Positions 6,428-15,450 of a stretch of DNA of 42,481 bases are shown in pieces; within the stretch, counting starts at the first letter, position 1, and every line of letters starts with the position of its first letter. The notes below the pieces were generated by a model that saw only the letters and a program-made list of their open reading frames with translations, did not search any database and was not told where the DNA came from. The position numbers were made by a program, and so were the translations under genes. The DNA is from an uncultured Pseudomonadota bacterium (GTDB lineage: Bacteria > Myxococcota_A > Bradymonadia > Bradymonadales > Bradymonadaceae): NCBI GenBank assembly GCA_950059285.1, contig CATLTV010000022.1, positions 1-42,481 on the forward strand, in the 5' to 3' direction.

Positions 6428-8824
6428 ATGAGACCCACTCTTGTACTGGCGCAAGTGTCCACAGATGGACTCCCCATCTTCGGCCTCGTCGTCGCCGCCA
6501 TCATCATACTCTTTGTCCTTGGCTTCCTTGCCTTTGTCGCAAAACTGTACAGAAAAGTACAGCAGGGCCAGGCTCTTATCGTCAACAAACCAGGTGGTAC
6601 AAAGGTCTTCTTCACGGGCTCTATCGTGGTCCCGCTGATCCACCGCGCCGAATACATGGATATCTCCGTCAAGGCCATTGAGATCGGCAGGGAAGGCCAT
6701 GACGGTCTGATCTGTAAGGACAACATCCGCGCCGATATCCGCGTGACCTTCTTCGTGCGTGTCAACGAAACAGAGGATGACGTCAAGCGCGTCGCCAAGA
6801 TGGTTGGCTGTGCACGTGCATCTGACCAGGCCACCATCGAGGAGCTCTTTGGTGCCAAGTTCTCCGAGGCGCTCAAGACCGCTGGTAAGCAGTTCGAGTT
6901 TGAAGAGCTCTACCAGGCTCGTCAGGAGTTCCGCGATCTTATCATCAGCACCATTGGTGATGACCTCAACGGCTACACCCTTGAGGATGTCGCGATTGAC
7001 TACCTTGAGCAAACCCGTCGTGACTCTCTTGACCCACACAACATCCTCGATGCTGAAGGTATCCGCAAGATCACCGAACGCACCGAAGAGCAACGTGTCA
7101 GAACTAATGAATTGAGCAACTCCGCCAATAAAAAGATTGGTAAGGATGACCTCGAAACCAAGATGGCGATGCTTGAATATGAGCGTCAACAATCCGATGC
7201 AGAAGCACGTCAACGTCGTGAGATCGAGATCGTTCGCTCCACACAACGTGCTGAAGCAGAACAGGAAAAAGCACGTCAACTCGCGCTTGAGCGCAAAGCC
7301 CAGCTTCGCGCCGAGGAAGAGGTCAACATCCAGGCCATCAACAAAAAGCGTGAAGAGCAGATCGCCGAGAAGAGCCGCGAGCGTGCCATCATCCTTGAGC
7401 AGGAGTCGATCGAGAAAGAAAAAGATCTCAAGATCATCGAGCGTGAGCGCGAGGTTGAGGTCCAGCGCATCCAGAAAGAGCGCCAGCTTGAAGGTGAAAA
7501 ACGCGAGATCGCCGAGGTCGTCCGCGACCGTATCGCCGTCGAGAAAAACGTCGCGCAGGAAGAAGAGAACATCAAAGATCTTCGCGTCCTCGCTGATGCC
7601 GAGCGTACCAAAAAAGCCGTCATCGTACGCGCTGAAGGTGAAGCTCAACAAAAACTCGTCGTCGACATCAAGGCCGCTGAAGCCAACGAAGAAGTCGCAA
7701 AATACACCGCGCGTCAACGCATCATCGAAGCCGACGCTCAACTTGATTCTGCTGACCGTGTCGCCAAGGCAAAGATCCGCACCGCTGAAGGTATTCAGGC
7801 TGAACAGGCCGCCGAAGGACTCGCAAGGGTTCGCGTCGCTGAAGCTGAAGCCAACGTCGTTGAAAAACGCGGCTTCATTGAAGCCAAGGTCCTCAAGGAG
7901 AAGATGAGCGCTGAAGCCGTGGGTGCTGAGGAGCAAGGTCTTGTCCAGGTCCGCTTGCGTCAGGCCAATGCCGATGCTCGCCAGCGCGAAGGCGAGGCAG
8001 AAGCCGATGTCAAACGTGGCACCATGATCGCTGAAGCGGCTGGCTCTGAAGAGCAAGGCATGGTCGAGATTCGCATCAAGCAAGCTCGCGCTGAAGCCAT
8101 CGAACGTGAAGGTCTCGCTGAAGCCAAGGTCATCCGTGAGCGCCTCCTCGCTGAAGCCGAAGGGTCCCGTCAAAAAGGTCTCTCCGACGCCCAGGTCAAG
8201 GAAGCTCTCGCTGCTGCCATCGAAAAACAAGGTATGGCTGAAGCCGTCGCCATGCGTGAGAAACTCCTCGCCGAGGCCGAAGGCATCGAGAAGAAGAACC
8301 TCGCTGATGCCGCTGGTATCCGTGAGCGTCTCATCGCCGAAGCCACGGGTCTTGAGCAGAAGGCTGCGGCAATGAAGCAGCTTGATGACTACAGCCGTCA
8401 GCACGAAGAGTTCAGGCTCGCACTTGAGCACGAACGCGCCATCACCATGGAGCAGCTTCGTACCAACATCGACATGGCTGCATCTCAGGCTGCCGTCTAC
8501 GCTGAAGCGTTCAAGGCTGCTAACATCAACATCGTCGGTGGCGACGAGGGCTTCTACAAGAACTTCCTCGGCTCCGTCTCCCTCGGTCACACACTCGATG
8601 GGTTCGTCTCCAACTCCTCCACCGCTCGCGGTGTCCTCGACCGCCTTGGCATCAATACATCCGCCAAGCCAGGTCAGACCGAGGCTGGTGACACCAAGGA
8701 TGCTGCTGCACCAAAGCAGTCCACATCCGTGGTCTCCCCCATCCCTAACCCTCTTGCAGCAGCAGAGGCCGTTCTCTCCAGCGTGACTGGAAATGCTGAC
8801 ACACAGGACTCCGAAGAGTCCTAA
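6428..8824 (+). CDS. yqiK: Flotillin-like SPFH/band-7 protein (YqiK family) with a long EA-rich coiled-coil C-terminus
   Basis: N-terminal TM, SPFH domain, and the NILDAEGIRKITERTE segment, which matches the corresponding region of E. coli YqiK. About 500 aa of ExxR/AEAEG repeats. Strong SD AAGGAGGT upstream. Confidence 0.9.
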   Translation: MRPTLVLAQVSTDGLPIFGLVVAAIIILFVLGFLAFVAKLYRKVQQGQALIVNKPGGTKVFFTGSIVVPLIHRAEYMDISVKAIEIGREGHDGLICKDNIRADIRVTFFVRVNETEDDVKRVAKMVGCARASDQATIEELFGAKFSEALKTAGKQFEFEELYQARQEFRDLIISTIGDDLNGYTLEDVAIDYLEQTRRDSLDPHNILDAEGIRKITERTEEQRVRTNELSNSANKKIGKDDLETKMAMLEYERQQSDAEARQRREIEIVRSTQRAEAEQEKARQLALERKAQLRAEEEVNIQAINKKREEQIAEKSRERAIILEQESIEKEKDLKIIEREREVEVQRIQKERQLEGEKREIAEVVRDRIAVEKNVAQEEENIKDLRVLADAERTKKAVIVRAEGEAQQKLVVDIKAAEANEEVAKYTARQRIIEADAQLDSADRVAKAKIRTAEGIQAEQAAEGLARVRVAEAEANVVEKRGFIEAKVLKEKMSAEAVGAEEQGLVQVRLRQANADARQREGEAEADVKRGTMIAEAAGSEEQGMVEIRIKQARAEAIEREGLAEAKVIRERLLAEAEGSRQKGLSDAQVKEALAAAIEKQGMAEAVAMREKLLAEAEGIEKKNLADAAGIRERLIAEATGLEQKAAAMKQLDDYSRQHEEFRLALEHERAITMEQLRTNIDMAASQAAVYAEAFKAANINIVGGDEGFYKNFLGSVSLGHTLDGFVSNSSTARGVLDRLGINTSAKPGQTEAGDTKDAAAPKQSTSVVSPIPNPLAAAEAVLSSVTGNADTQDSEES

Positions 8825-8842
8825 ACCCTCCAGAATAAGGGA

Positions 8843-8895
8843 TAGCGAGGCCATATATCTCGCAGATAAACAACCTCGCTATCCCTTATTTATCA
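8843..8895 (+). terminator. Putative intrinsic terminator after the flotillin gene
   Basis: 14-bp inverted repeat aagggatagcgagg ... cctcgctatccctt with a loop of about 19 nt, followed by atttatc. Confidence 0.55.
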
Positions 8896-8952
8896 AAGCT
8901 TTAATTCATGGCCACCCCCTCCCCTTATGATGGCCTGAACAGTTACTATATC

Positions 8953-8969
8953 TTCAAGACACAACGTCT
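8953..8969 (+). promoter_or_regulatory. Shared upstream motif copy 2 (TTCAAGACACAACGTCT), about 20 nt upstream of the giant ATPase gene start
   Basis: Same 14-mer as at 5261-5274. Followed by SD AGGAG and ATG 8990. Confidence 0.5.
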
Positions 8970-8989
8970 GTCTCAGGAGCGTATCGACG

Positions 8990-11900
8990 ATGAGCACCGA
9001 CCCAAGCATCGACACAGAGTCCACCACAGAAGGCCAGGACGCCTCTCTGGAAACAAGCAACTATGAGGTCATCCGCAAGCGCCTTGTGGAGCAAGGACGC
9101 GCGCTCGCCAAAAAGGCGGACACACTGAATGCCCGACGCCAGGAATTCTTCGGCTCCACGGTCATGGATGTCATCGACAACCAGACCATCACCACCGAAA
9201 ATAACTGCATCCCTCAGGATATCATCAACCTCGGCGATCAGCTCCTGTTTGGCTACAACGTTCACCGCAAAATGAGCCAGACTCAGGTCTCCGATGTCTT
9301 CAGCCTCCATAACTTCTCCAAGCAAGGCGACGAGATCATCCTTCAACACGTCGCGCAGGACACCTCCAGCAACTTCCTTGGTCAGGAGAGCTTCATCGAA
9401 GCGTTCAATCAGCTCTATTTCTCCTTTAAAGACGCATTCTTACGCCAGCTCCGCCGCGTCGACGGTCGACTGCTCGCTATCTTTCAGACCGGCTCATCTC
9501 TAAGAGATATTCGTGTCTTTCGTTGGGCTGTCGACGTCAATAACAACGTCGAATACATCGATAACGCAGGCCAAAAAGATAACACCTACATCCCCTCTCA
9601 TGACTTTGAGTGGAACCCCACCAAACGTGAAGACCACATCACGGGTAAACACCCCCACATCTCCATTAAAAACAAGGTCTTTGTGGAGACCGTGGGCGGT
9701 GACCTCACCATTAAACTTGAGGACAACACCTCCGATGGGGAAGGCATCTACTCCGAACCTGTCGAGGACAAAAACCAGGCGCTCGGCGATGCCAGCATCT
9801 TCTGGGCCGAGGTCGGTAACCTTATCCTCCTCAAAATCAAACCCTACCGTGAGGAGAACTGGCGTTACTTCGTGTTCAACACCCTCACGCGCACCGTCGC
9901 ACGTGTCGACAGCATCGGACTCTCCTGCGTCGCACTCCCTGAAGACCATGGCATTATCTTCCCTGGCGGCTATGTCCTTGAGAGCGGTGAGGTCAAGACC
10001 TTTGACAATGACACTGCCAAGATGCGCATCGAACATGTGCAAAAGTCTCCCAATGGTGAAGATGTCCTCTACTCCTTCTATCGCCCTGATGATGGGCTCT
10101 ACTTCCTGCTCTCCTACAACCTGATTCGCAAGGAAGTTCAAAATCCCATCCAGTGCCACGGCTACTCCATCTTTGATGATGGCACCATGATCGTCTTCCG
10201 TGCCACGGATGACCAACAAACTCGCCATCACCCCATGCGTATGTGGAGCACGCCCTACGTCAGTGATGCCTTCGCCGCCGCCGCTCCCACCGATGGCTCG
10301 TTCCTCTCAAAAATCGGTAACGCCGACCTCGTACGCGGTATATCTGATGCATATAGCGTGCGAAAAACAATTAACAATCAGTCACCTACAGTGGAGCTTT
10401 ATGCCTCCATCATCTCTGCTGCCGAGCGCATGCTTGACCAGTATTACTGGTATGGTGACAACGAAGTCGAGGACATGTCCTCGACGCTACGCGAGGTCAT
10501 CAAGACCTGCCAGCTCGTCATCGATGAGTTTGAAAAAGTGCGCGCCATGCAACAGCAGGCTCGCAAGGCGCTCAAGGAAGCAGAAGATGAACAAAAGCGC
10601 CTCTTTGGTGATATTCGCTACGGTAACTGGCGCGAAATTAGCCGCTTTGTCGATGCCCTCGATGGCCTGCGTGGTCAACGTGGCCGCCTGATTACGCTAC
10701 GCGAAATCAAGTACATGGACATCAAGCGTGTTGATGCGCTTGAGCAGGATGTCATCGCTCAGTACGACAAGCTCAGCCAGGCGACGGTGAGCTTCCTCCT
10801 CGGCGAGGATGCGCTGACGTCGTATCGCGACGAGATCAAGAATGTCATTGATACGGTGGAGGAGATCAGCAGCACCGTCGAAGCCAATGAAATCAAGGAA
10901 GAAATCGATCGCATCGGTGAGGGTCTTAACCTCTTGACCGAGGTCATCAGCAGCCTCAAAATCGAAGATCCCAACGCACGTACTCAAATCCTTGAGAGCA
11001 TCGCCGAAGTCCTTGGACAACAGAACCGCTCCCGCGCCATGCTTGAAGCCCGTCAACGCGCGCTCCTTGAGTCCGAAGGCAAGGCCGAATTTGCCGTGCA
11101 GTTCCAACTCCTTGGCCAGTCTGTGACCAGCGCACTCGGCATGAGTGAATCTCCCGAACGCTGCGATGAACAGCTTGAGCGCATGATGGTTCAACTCCAG
11201 GAAATGGAGAGCCGCTTTAGCGAATTTGATATCTTCCTCGCCAAACTCACTGAAAAGCGCGAAGAGATCTACGAAATCTTTGAAGGTCGCAAACAACAGC
11301 TCGTCGAGGAGCGCCAACGCAAGGCCAGCACGCTCGCCACTGCCGCCGAAAAGATCCTCTCGGGTATCACACGACGCGCCCAGAAAATGGACGATGTCGA
11401 GAAGCTTAACGCCTACTTTGCTGCCGATGCCATGGTCCTCAAAGTCCGCGAAATCGCGGATCAGTTGCGTGACCTCAAGGAACCTGTCAAGGCCGATGAC
11501 CTCCAGAACCAGCTCAAGGCCACACGCGATCAGGCTATTCGTACCTTGCGTGATAAGCTCGACCTGTTTGAGGACGGCGACGCCATCATCAAACTTGGCA
11601 AGCATCGCTTTAGCATCAACACACAACCTCTGGAACTCACCATGGTTCCTCGTGATGAAGAGGTCCGCCTCCACATCACAGGCACCGACTTCTATGAGCC
11701 TGTTGAGGATCAAGACTTCCTCGCCACTCGCTATCTCTGGTCACAGCAAATCCCCAGTGAAAACAAGGATGTATACCGTTGTGAATATCTCGCAATGAGC
11801 ATCCTCAACGATGCACGTGCGAAGCGTAAGGAGCACACGCTCAGCAGCCTCCACGAGGTCGCGGTCAATAACAATGAGCTGCTCAAAGTCGTACGCAGTT

Positions 11901-14689
11901 ACATCGAAGATCGCTACGATGAGGGGTATGAACGCGGTGTCCATGACACTGACACCACGCTCATTCTCACTGGCTTGATTAACCTCTATTACACCGCTGG
12001 ACTGCTACGATTCAGAGGTCTTGCGCGCGCACTTGCCACGCTCTACTGGGCCTATCCTCCGCTTGAAAATGAGATCGATGAGCGTCAGGCACGCACACTC
12101 TCACTGGCAGCGCAACAATCCGCCAAGGAGTCCCCTGCACAACGCCGCCGTAAACTCCTTGTACGACGCGCCAGAAGCCTTGGTCGCTTGCGTAAAACCT
12201 TTGAGCAAAGCGAGGCCGCACAGAACCTCATTGAGGAGATCATCGAGGAACTCACAACCTTCTGCCAGGACTATGAACTCACCGATACATTTGCGCCGTT
12301 CATGATCAGAGACTCCGCAGAATACTTGCTCGAAGAGCTTTCAAGCAGTGGTGAGCCCAAGTTTGTACTGGGTGCACAGGCAGAAAACCTCGTCACCAAG
12401 TTCCACGACTTCCTCGACTCCACGGGGAACCGCAAGGACTTTGAAGAGGATCTCCAGACGCTTGAGCGTGAGCTTGAAGCAAGCTGGGAGCTGACCTCGG
12501 GATGGATGGAAGCCTACATCTCTCAACGTCGCGAGGACGAAGTTCCCGTGGCTCATCTCAAAGACGAGGCGATCGGCTACATTCTCACAAAAGGACGCGT
12601 GGATCATGAAGTCTCAAGCGCCCGAATTGAAACCACAATCAAGAGTCTTCTTGGCCAACATCCACGCATTCAAAACCAGGAGCTCACCATCAAACTCGAT
12701 GAGTTCCTGAGCCGTGTTAACCAGTTCATCCATGAGCGTGTCCCTGCGTATCGTGCCTATAGAAAGCTCTCGCACGAGGTCCTTGATCGCTCGCGTAAGC
12801 GCCTCAAGCTCGATGCGCTCAAACCCAAGGTCCTGAGCACCTTCGTACGTAACAAACTCATTGACGAAGTCTACCTCCCACTCATTGGCGACAACCTCGC
12901 CAAACAAATGGGTAGCGCTGGCGATTCAGGCCGCAGTGACCGCCAAGGTTTGCTGCTTCTGATCTCCCCTCCTGGTTATGGTAAGACCACGCTCATGGAG
13001 TACGTCGCAAGCCGACTTGGGCTCACGTTCATGAAGATCAACGGCCCCGCACTTGGGCACAATGTCATCTCGATTGACCCCGCCGAGGCCCCCAACGCCA
13101 CTGCGCGACAGGAAGTTGAGAAGATCAACCTCGCCTTGCAAATGGGTAACAACGTCATGCTCTATCTCGATGATATTCAGCACTGTAACCCCGAGCTGTT
13201 GCAGAAGTTCATCTCATTGTGTGATGCCACACGTCGTATTGAAGGCGTCTGGCAAGGCGACACCAAGACCTATGACCTGCGTGGCAAACGCTTCAGCGTG
13301 GTCATGGCTGGTAACCCCTACACCGAGACAGGTGAGCGCTTCCAGATTCCAGACATGCTCGCGAACCGTGCGGACACCTACAACCTGGGTGATATCCTCG
13401 AAGGTTCTCAGGAAGCGTTTGCGCTCTCCTACATTGAGAACGCCCTGACCGCAAACCCTGTGCTCGCGCCGCTAGCAAACCGTGAAAAGGATGACATCTA
13501 CCTGTTCATTCGCATGGCACAGGGCGAGGATATTCCACTGACAGATTTAAAATATAGCTACTCTGCGGTTGAGGCCAATGAGATCGTTAACGTGCTCAAG
13601 AAGTTGTTTGTATGCCAGGACGTCTTGCTCAAGGTGAACCAGGCCTACATCGAATCTGCATCGCAAGACGACGCCTACCGCACAGAGCCCCCATTCAAGC
13701 TCCAGGGTTCCTACCGTAACATGACCAAACTTGCGGAGAAGGTTGTCAGCGCGATGAACGATGAAGAACTCAACGCTCTGATCGATGACCACTACCTTGG
13801 CGAATCGCAGACACTCACCACACAGGCAGAACAAAACCTTTTGAAATTAAAGGAGATCCGCGATAAAATCACCCCCAAAGAACTGGAGCGACTCGACTCG
13901 ATTCGCGCCGAATTCAGACGCCGTAAAATGATGGGTGGCAGCGGTGATAATGATCCTGTGAGCCGCGTCTCTGGTCCATTGAGCTCTCTGGTACAAAGCA
14001 TTGAGGAGTTACGTGGCACAGTGCAAAACCAAAATGGTCTGAACACACCTCTGATTGAGATTCGCGACGCCATCTCGGGTGCCATGGAAAAACTGCACAC
14101 AGAAGGAATTCACACGCGACAGGAACAACAGAACCAGTCTGCGGGTTTAAATGCCGAAGCACTTCAACATATGGTCGAGGCCATGACCCAGATCGCGAAT
14201 ACACAAAAAGCGCCGCAGGCGGCGCCTGTGTCTGCGCCCGAGGTCAATATCCACTCGGATAACTCGCATCTTGAAACACTGCTCCAGAAGCAAACACTCA
14301 TGTTTGAGACGATCTTTGGCCAGCTCGCCAAGCTCGCGGACTCTCAAATTGAGACAAGTCGACAGAGCGCCCAGGCATTGAAGTCTCTTGAGGAGGTGCT
14401 CGCACAAGGCACACCTCTACGTATGCCTCCGATGTCTGCAATCTCTGGTGTCAGTACAACTGCTGCACCTGCCGCCACACAAGCCCAGGCACAACCACAG
14501 GGTTTTGCGGCAGCAGAGCGTCCTCTTACAGGGGTCAAAAAGCGGGTCCCATTCAAGGAAGTACAGAAACAACGCGAACGTGATGAACAGAGTCAGACCA
14601 CAGCACAGGAAAGCAGCCTCCCCGAGGAGGGTGAAGCCCCTCCGACTCAGAAGCTTCCTGCGGTTAAACTAGAACCCCCATTTGAGTGA
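8990..14689 (+). CDS. Giant (1899 aa) uncharacterized protein. It has a beta-rich N-terminal region, long coiled-coil/helical middle, an AAA+ ATPase domain of AAA_5/MoxR-like type, and a Q/A/P-rich low-complexity C-terminal tail.
   Basis: Single uninterrupted ORF with SD. Walker A LLLISPPGYGKTTLMEY (nt about 12950-12995). Walker B VMLYLDDIQHC (about 13153-13185). Sensor-1 VVMAGNPYTE and Arg-finger region IPDMLANRADTYNL. The DD (not DE) Walker B suggests a modified or slow hydrolysis site. No match to a known named family recognised by eye. Confidence 0.85.
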   Translation: MSTDPSIDTESTTEGQDASLETSNYEVIRKRLVEQGRALAKKADTLNARRQEFFGSTVMDVIDNQTITTENNCIPQDIINLGDQLLFGYNVHRKMSQTQVSDVFSLHNFSKQGDEIILQHVAQDTSSNFLGQESFIEAFNQLYFSFKDAFLRQLRRVDGRLLAIFQTGSSLRDIRVFRWAVDVNNNVEYIDNAGQKDNTYIPSHDFEWNPTKREDHITGKHPHISIKNKVFVETVGGDLTIKLEDNTSDGEGIYSEPVEDKNQALGDASIFWAEVGNLILLKIKPYREENWRYFVFNTLTRTVARVDSIGLSCVALPEDHGIIFPGGYVLESGEVKTFDNDTAKMRIEHVQKSPNGEDVLYSFYRPDDGLYFLLSYNLIRKEVQNPIQCHGYSIFDDGTMIVFRATDDQQTRHHPMRMWSTPYVSDAFAAAAPTDGSFLSKIGNADLVRGISDAYSVRKTINNQSPTVELYASIISAAERMLDQYYWYGDNEVEDMSSTLREVIKTCQLVIDEFEKVRAMQQQARKALKEAEDEQKRLFGDIRYGNWREISRFVDALDGLRGQRGRLITLREIKYMDIKRVDALEQDVIAQYDKLSQATVSFLLGEDALTSYRDEIKNVIDTVEEISSTVEANEIKEEIDRIGEGLNLLTEVISSLKIEDPNARTQILESIAEVLGQQNRSRAMLEARQRALLESEGKAEFAVQFQLLGQSVTSALGMSESPERCDEQLERMMVQLQEMESRFSEFDIFLAKLTEKREEIYEIFEGRKQQLVEERQRKASTLATAAEKILSGITRRAQKMDDVEKLNAYFAADAMVLKVREIADQLRDLKEPVKADDLQNQLKATRDQAIRTLRDKLDLFEDGDAIIKLGKHRFSINTQPLELTMVPRDEEVRLHITGTDFYEPVEDQDFLATRYLWSQQIPSENKDVYRCEYLAMSILNDARAKRKEHTLSSLHEVAVNNNELLKVVRSYIEDRYDEGYERGVHDTDTTLILTGLINLYYTAGLLRFRGLARALATLYWAYPPLENEIDERQARTLSLAAQQSAKESPAQRRRKLLVRRARSLGRLRKTFEQSEAAQNLIEEIIEELTTFCQDYELTDTFAPFMIRDSAEYLLEELSSSGEPKFVLGAQAENLVTKFHDFLDSTGNRKDFEEDLQTLERELEASWELTSGWMEAYISQRREDEVPVAHLKDEAIGYILTKGRVDHEVSSARIETTIKSLLGQHPRIQNQELTIKLDEFLSRVNQFIHERVPAYRAYRKLSHEVLDRSRKRLKLDALKPKVLSTFVRNKLIDEVYLPLIGDNLAKQMGSAGDSGRSDRQGLLLLISPPGYGKTTLMEYVASRLGLTFMKINGPALGHNVISIDPAEAPNATARQEVEKINLALQMGNNVMLYLDDIQHCNPELLQKFISLCDATRRIEGVWQGDTKTYDLRGKRFSVVMAGNPYTETGERFQIPDMLANRADTYNLGDILEGSQEAFALSYIENALTANPVLAPLANREKDDIYLFIRMAQGEDIPLTDLKYSYSAVEANEIVNVLKKLFVCQDVLLKVNQAYIESASQDDAYRTEPPFKLQGSYRNMTKLAEKVVSAMNDEELNALIDDHYLGESQTLTTQAEQNLLKLKEIRDKITPKELERLDSIRAEFRRRKMMGGSGDNDPVSRVSGPLSSLVQSIEELRGTVQNQNGLNTPLIEIRDAISGAMEKLHTEGIHTRQEQQNQSAGLNAEALQHMVEAMTQIANTQKAPQAAPVSAPEVNIHSDNSHLETLLQKQTLMFETIFGQLAKLADSQIETSRQSAQALKSLEEVLAQGTPLRMPPMSAISGVSTTAAPAATQAQAQPQGFAAAERPLTGVKKRVPFKEVQKQRERDEQSQTTAQESSLPEEGEAPPTQKLPAVKLEPPFE
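12940..13480 (+). other. AAA+ (AAA_5/MoxR-like) ATPase domain inside the giant protein
   Basis: Walker A, Walker B, sensor 1 and arginine-finger motifs in canonical order and spacing. Confidence 0.7.
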
Positions 14690-15414
14690 TCATGATGGAC
14701 TATCCGCTGGCAAAACAGGAGAAGACCTATCTCAAGGCGCTGCGCAGATTCCAACAACACCCGATGACCCCTGAAGCTGCGCAGATTCTGGCGAACCAGT
14801 CCTCGCTGATGTGGCCCTTTCGCCTGACGGTATTGCTTGGGACCATCCATTTTCTGTGTGTCATCATCAATCCTGCCGCGTTCTCGTTCTCTTACGTGAT
14901 CACGACCACAGTCATCACCAGCGCTGTGATCGTGATCACGCTGATTAAACTCATTATCGTCAAGAGACGCCTCCTCCACACGACTCAGATTGTCTGGGAA
15001 CGCACACCAGACGAAGCGCTGGACATCCTCGTAAAACATCAGCAGTACCAGCACTTACGCCACAGCAGGCTTCAAAAATCTTACAAGATTTACAAGTATG
15101 CGATCCCATCCATGACCATCTTCGCAGGGCTAAGCATCCTGTGCTTGGTCCTACAATTTATGCCAGTTTTTTCAGCATTTAACATTGGTGGCCAGGCCGT
15201 CTTCGCACTGCTTGCATCATTTATCCTGTTCAACATTGCCTGCGTGCTCGCAATGTCCACACGCGGCAAATTACGCGATCAAGACATCGTACAAAAAAGC
15301 CTGAGATCCTCCATGCCCGAGTTGTTCACCACCGAAGCACTTCAGGGTGCTGTCAGCCTTGATGAAAGGGTACAACAAGGGCAAATCAGCATCTCTGAGC
15401 GCCATGAATCGTGA
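14686..15414 (+). CDS. 4-TM membrane protein, paralog A, translationally coupled to the giant gene
   Basis: GTG 14686 overlaps the stop of the upstream gene (GTGA); ATGs at 14692/14695. N-terminal K-x3-HPMTP motif, two hydrophobic hairpins separated by the basic loop IVWERTPDEAL. Confidence 0.7.
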   Translation: MIMMDYPLAKQEKTYLKALRRFQQHPMTPEAAQILANQSSLMWPFRLTVLLGTIHFLCVIINPAAFSFSYVITTTVITSAVIVITLIKLIIVKRRLLHTTQIVWERTPDEALDILVKHQQYQHLRHSRLQKSYKIYKYAIPSMTIFAGLSILCLVLQFMPVFSAFNIGGQAVFALLASFILFNIACVLAMSTRGKLRDQDIVQKSLRSSMPELFTTEALQGAVSLDERVQQGQISISERHES

Positions 15415-15450
15415 CACTTCGCGCGAACACAACGCAGGTAACGCATATCA

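Noticed and set aside
7137-7907. 256-aa Ser/Arg/Lys-rich ORF in another + frame inside the flotillin gene, and similar S/R/T-rich ORFs at 6759, 8106 and 8382
   Set aside because: Alternative-frame artefacts of the GAR-rich coiled-coil coding repeat. They have no start context and overlap a confidently called gene.
7880-8350. Approximately 105-bp tandem periodicity in the flotillin 3' half
   Set aside because: Reflects the known EA-repeat coiled-coil of flotillins (AEAEG..EEQG..). It is a protein-level repeat, not a separate DNA element.
6407-8854. 815-aa ORF antisense to the flotillin gene
   Set aside because: Low-complexity G/F/D/L-rich translation with no recognisable domain. It is the mirror of the biased EA-repeat coding sequence on the + strand. 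The sense gene has strong homology and an SD, so this is a shadow ORF.
9500-14556. Multiple 60-340-aa ORFs on the minus strand and in alternate frames within the giant gene (e.g. 9500-10231, 10697-11713)
   Set aside because: All lie wholly inside a single uninterrupted 1899-codon ORF with coherent motif order. They have no SD and low-complexity translations. Treated as shadow ORFs.
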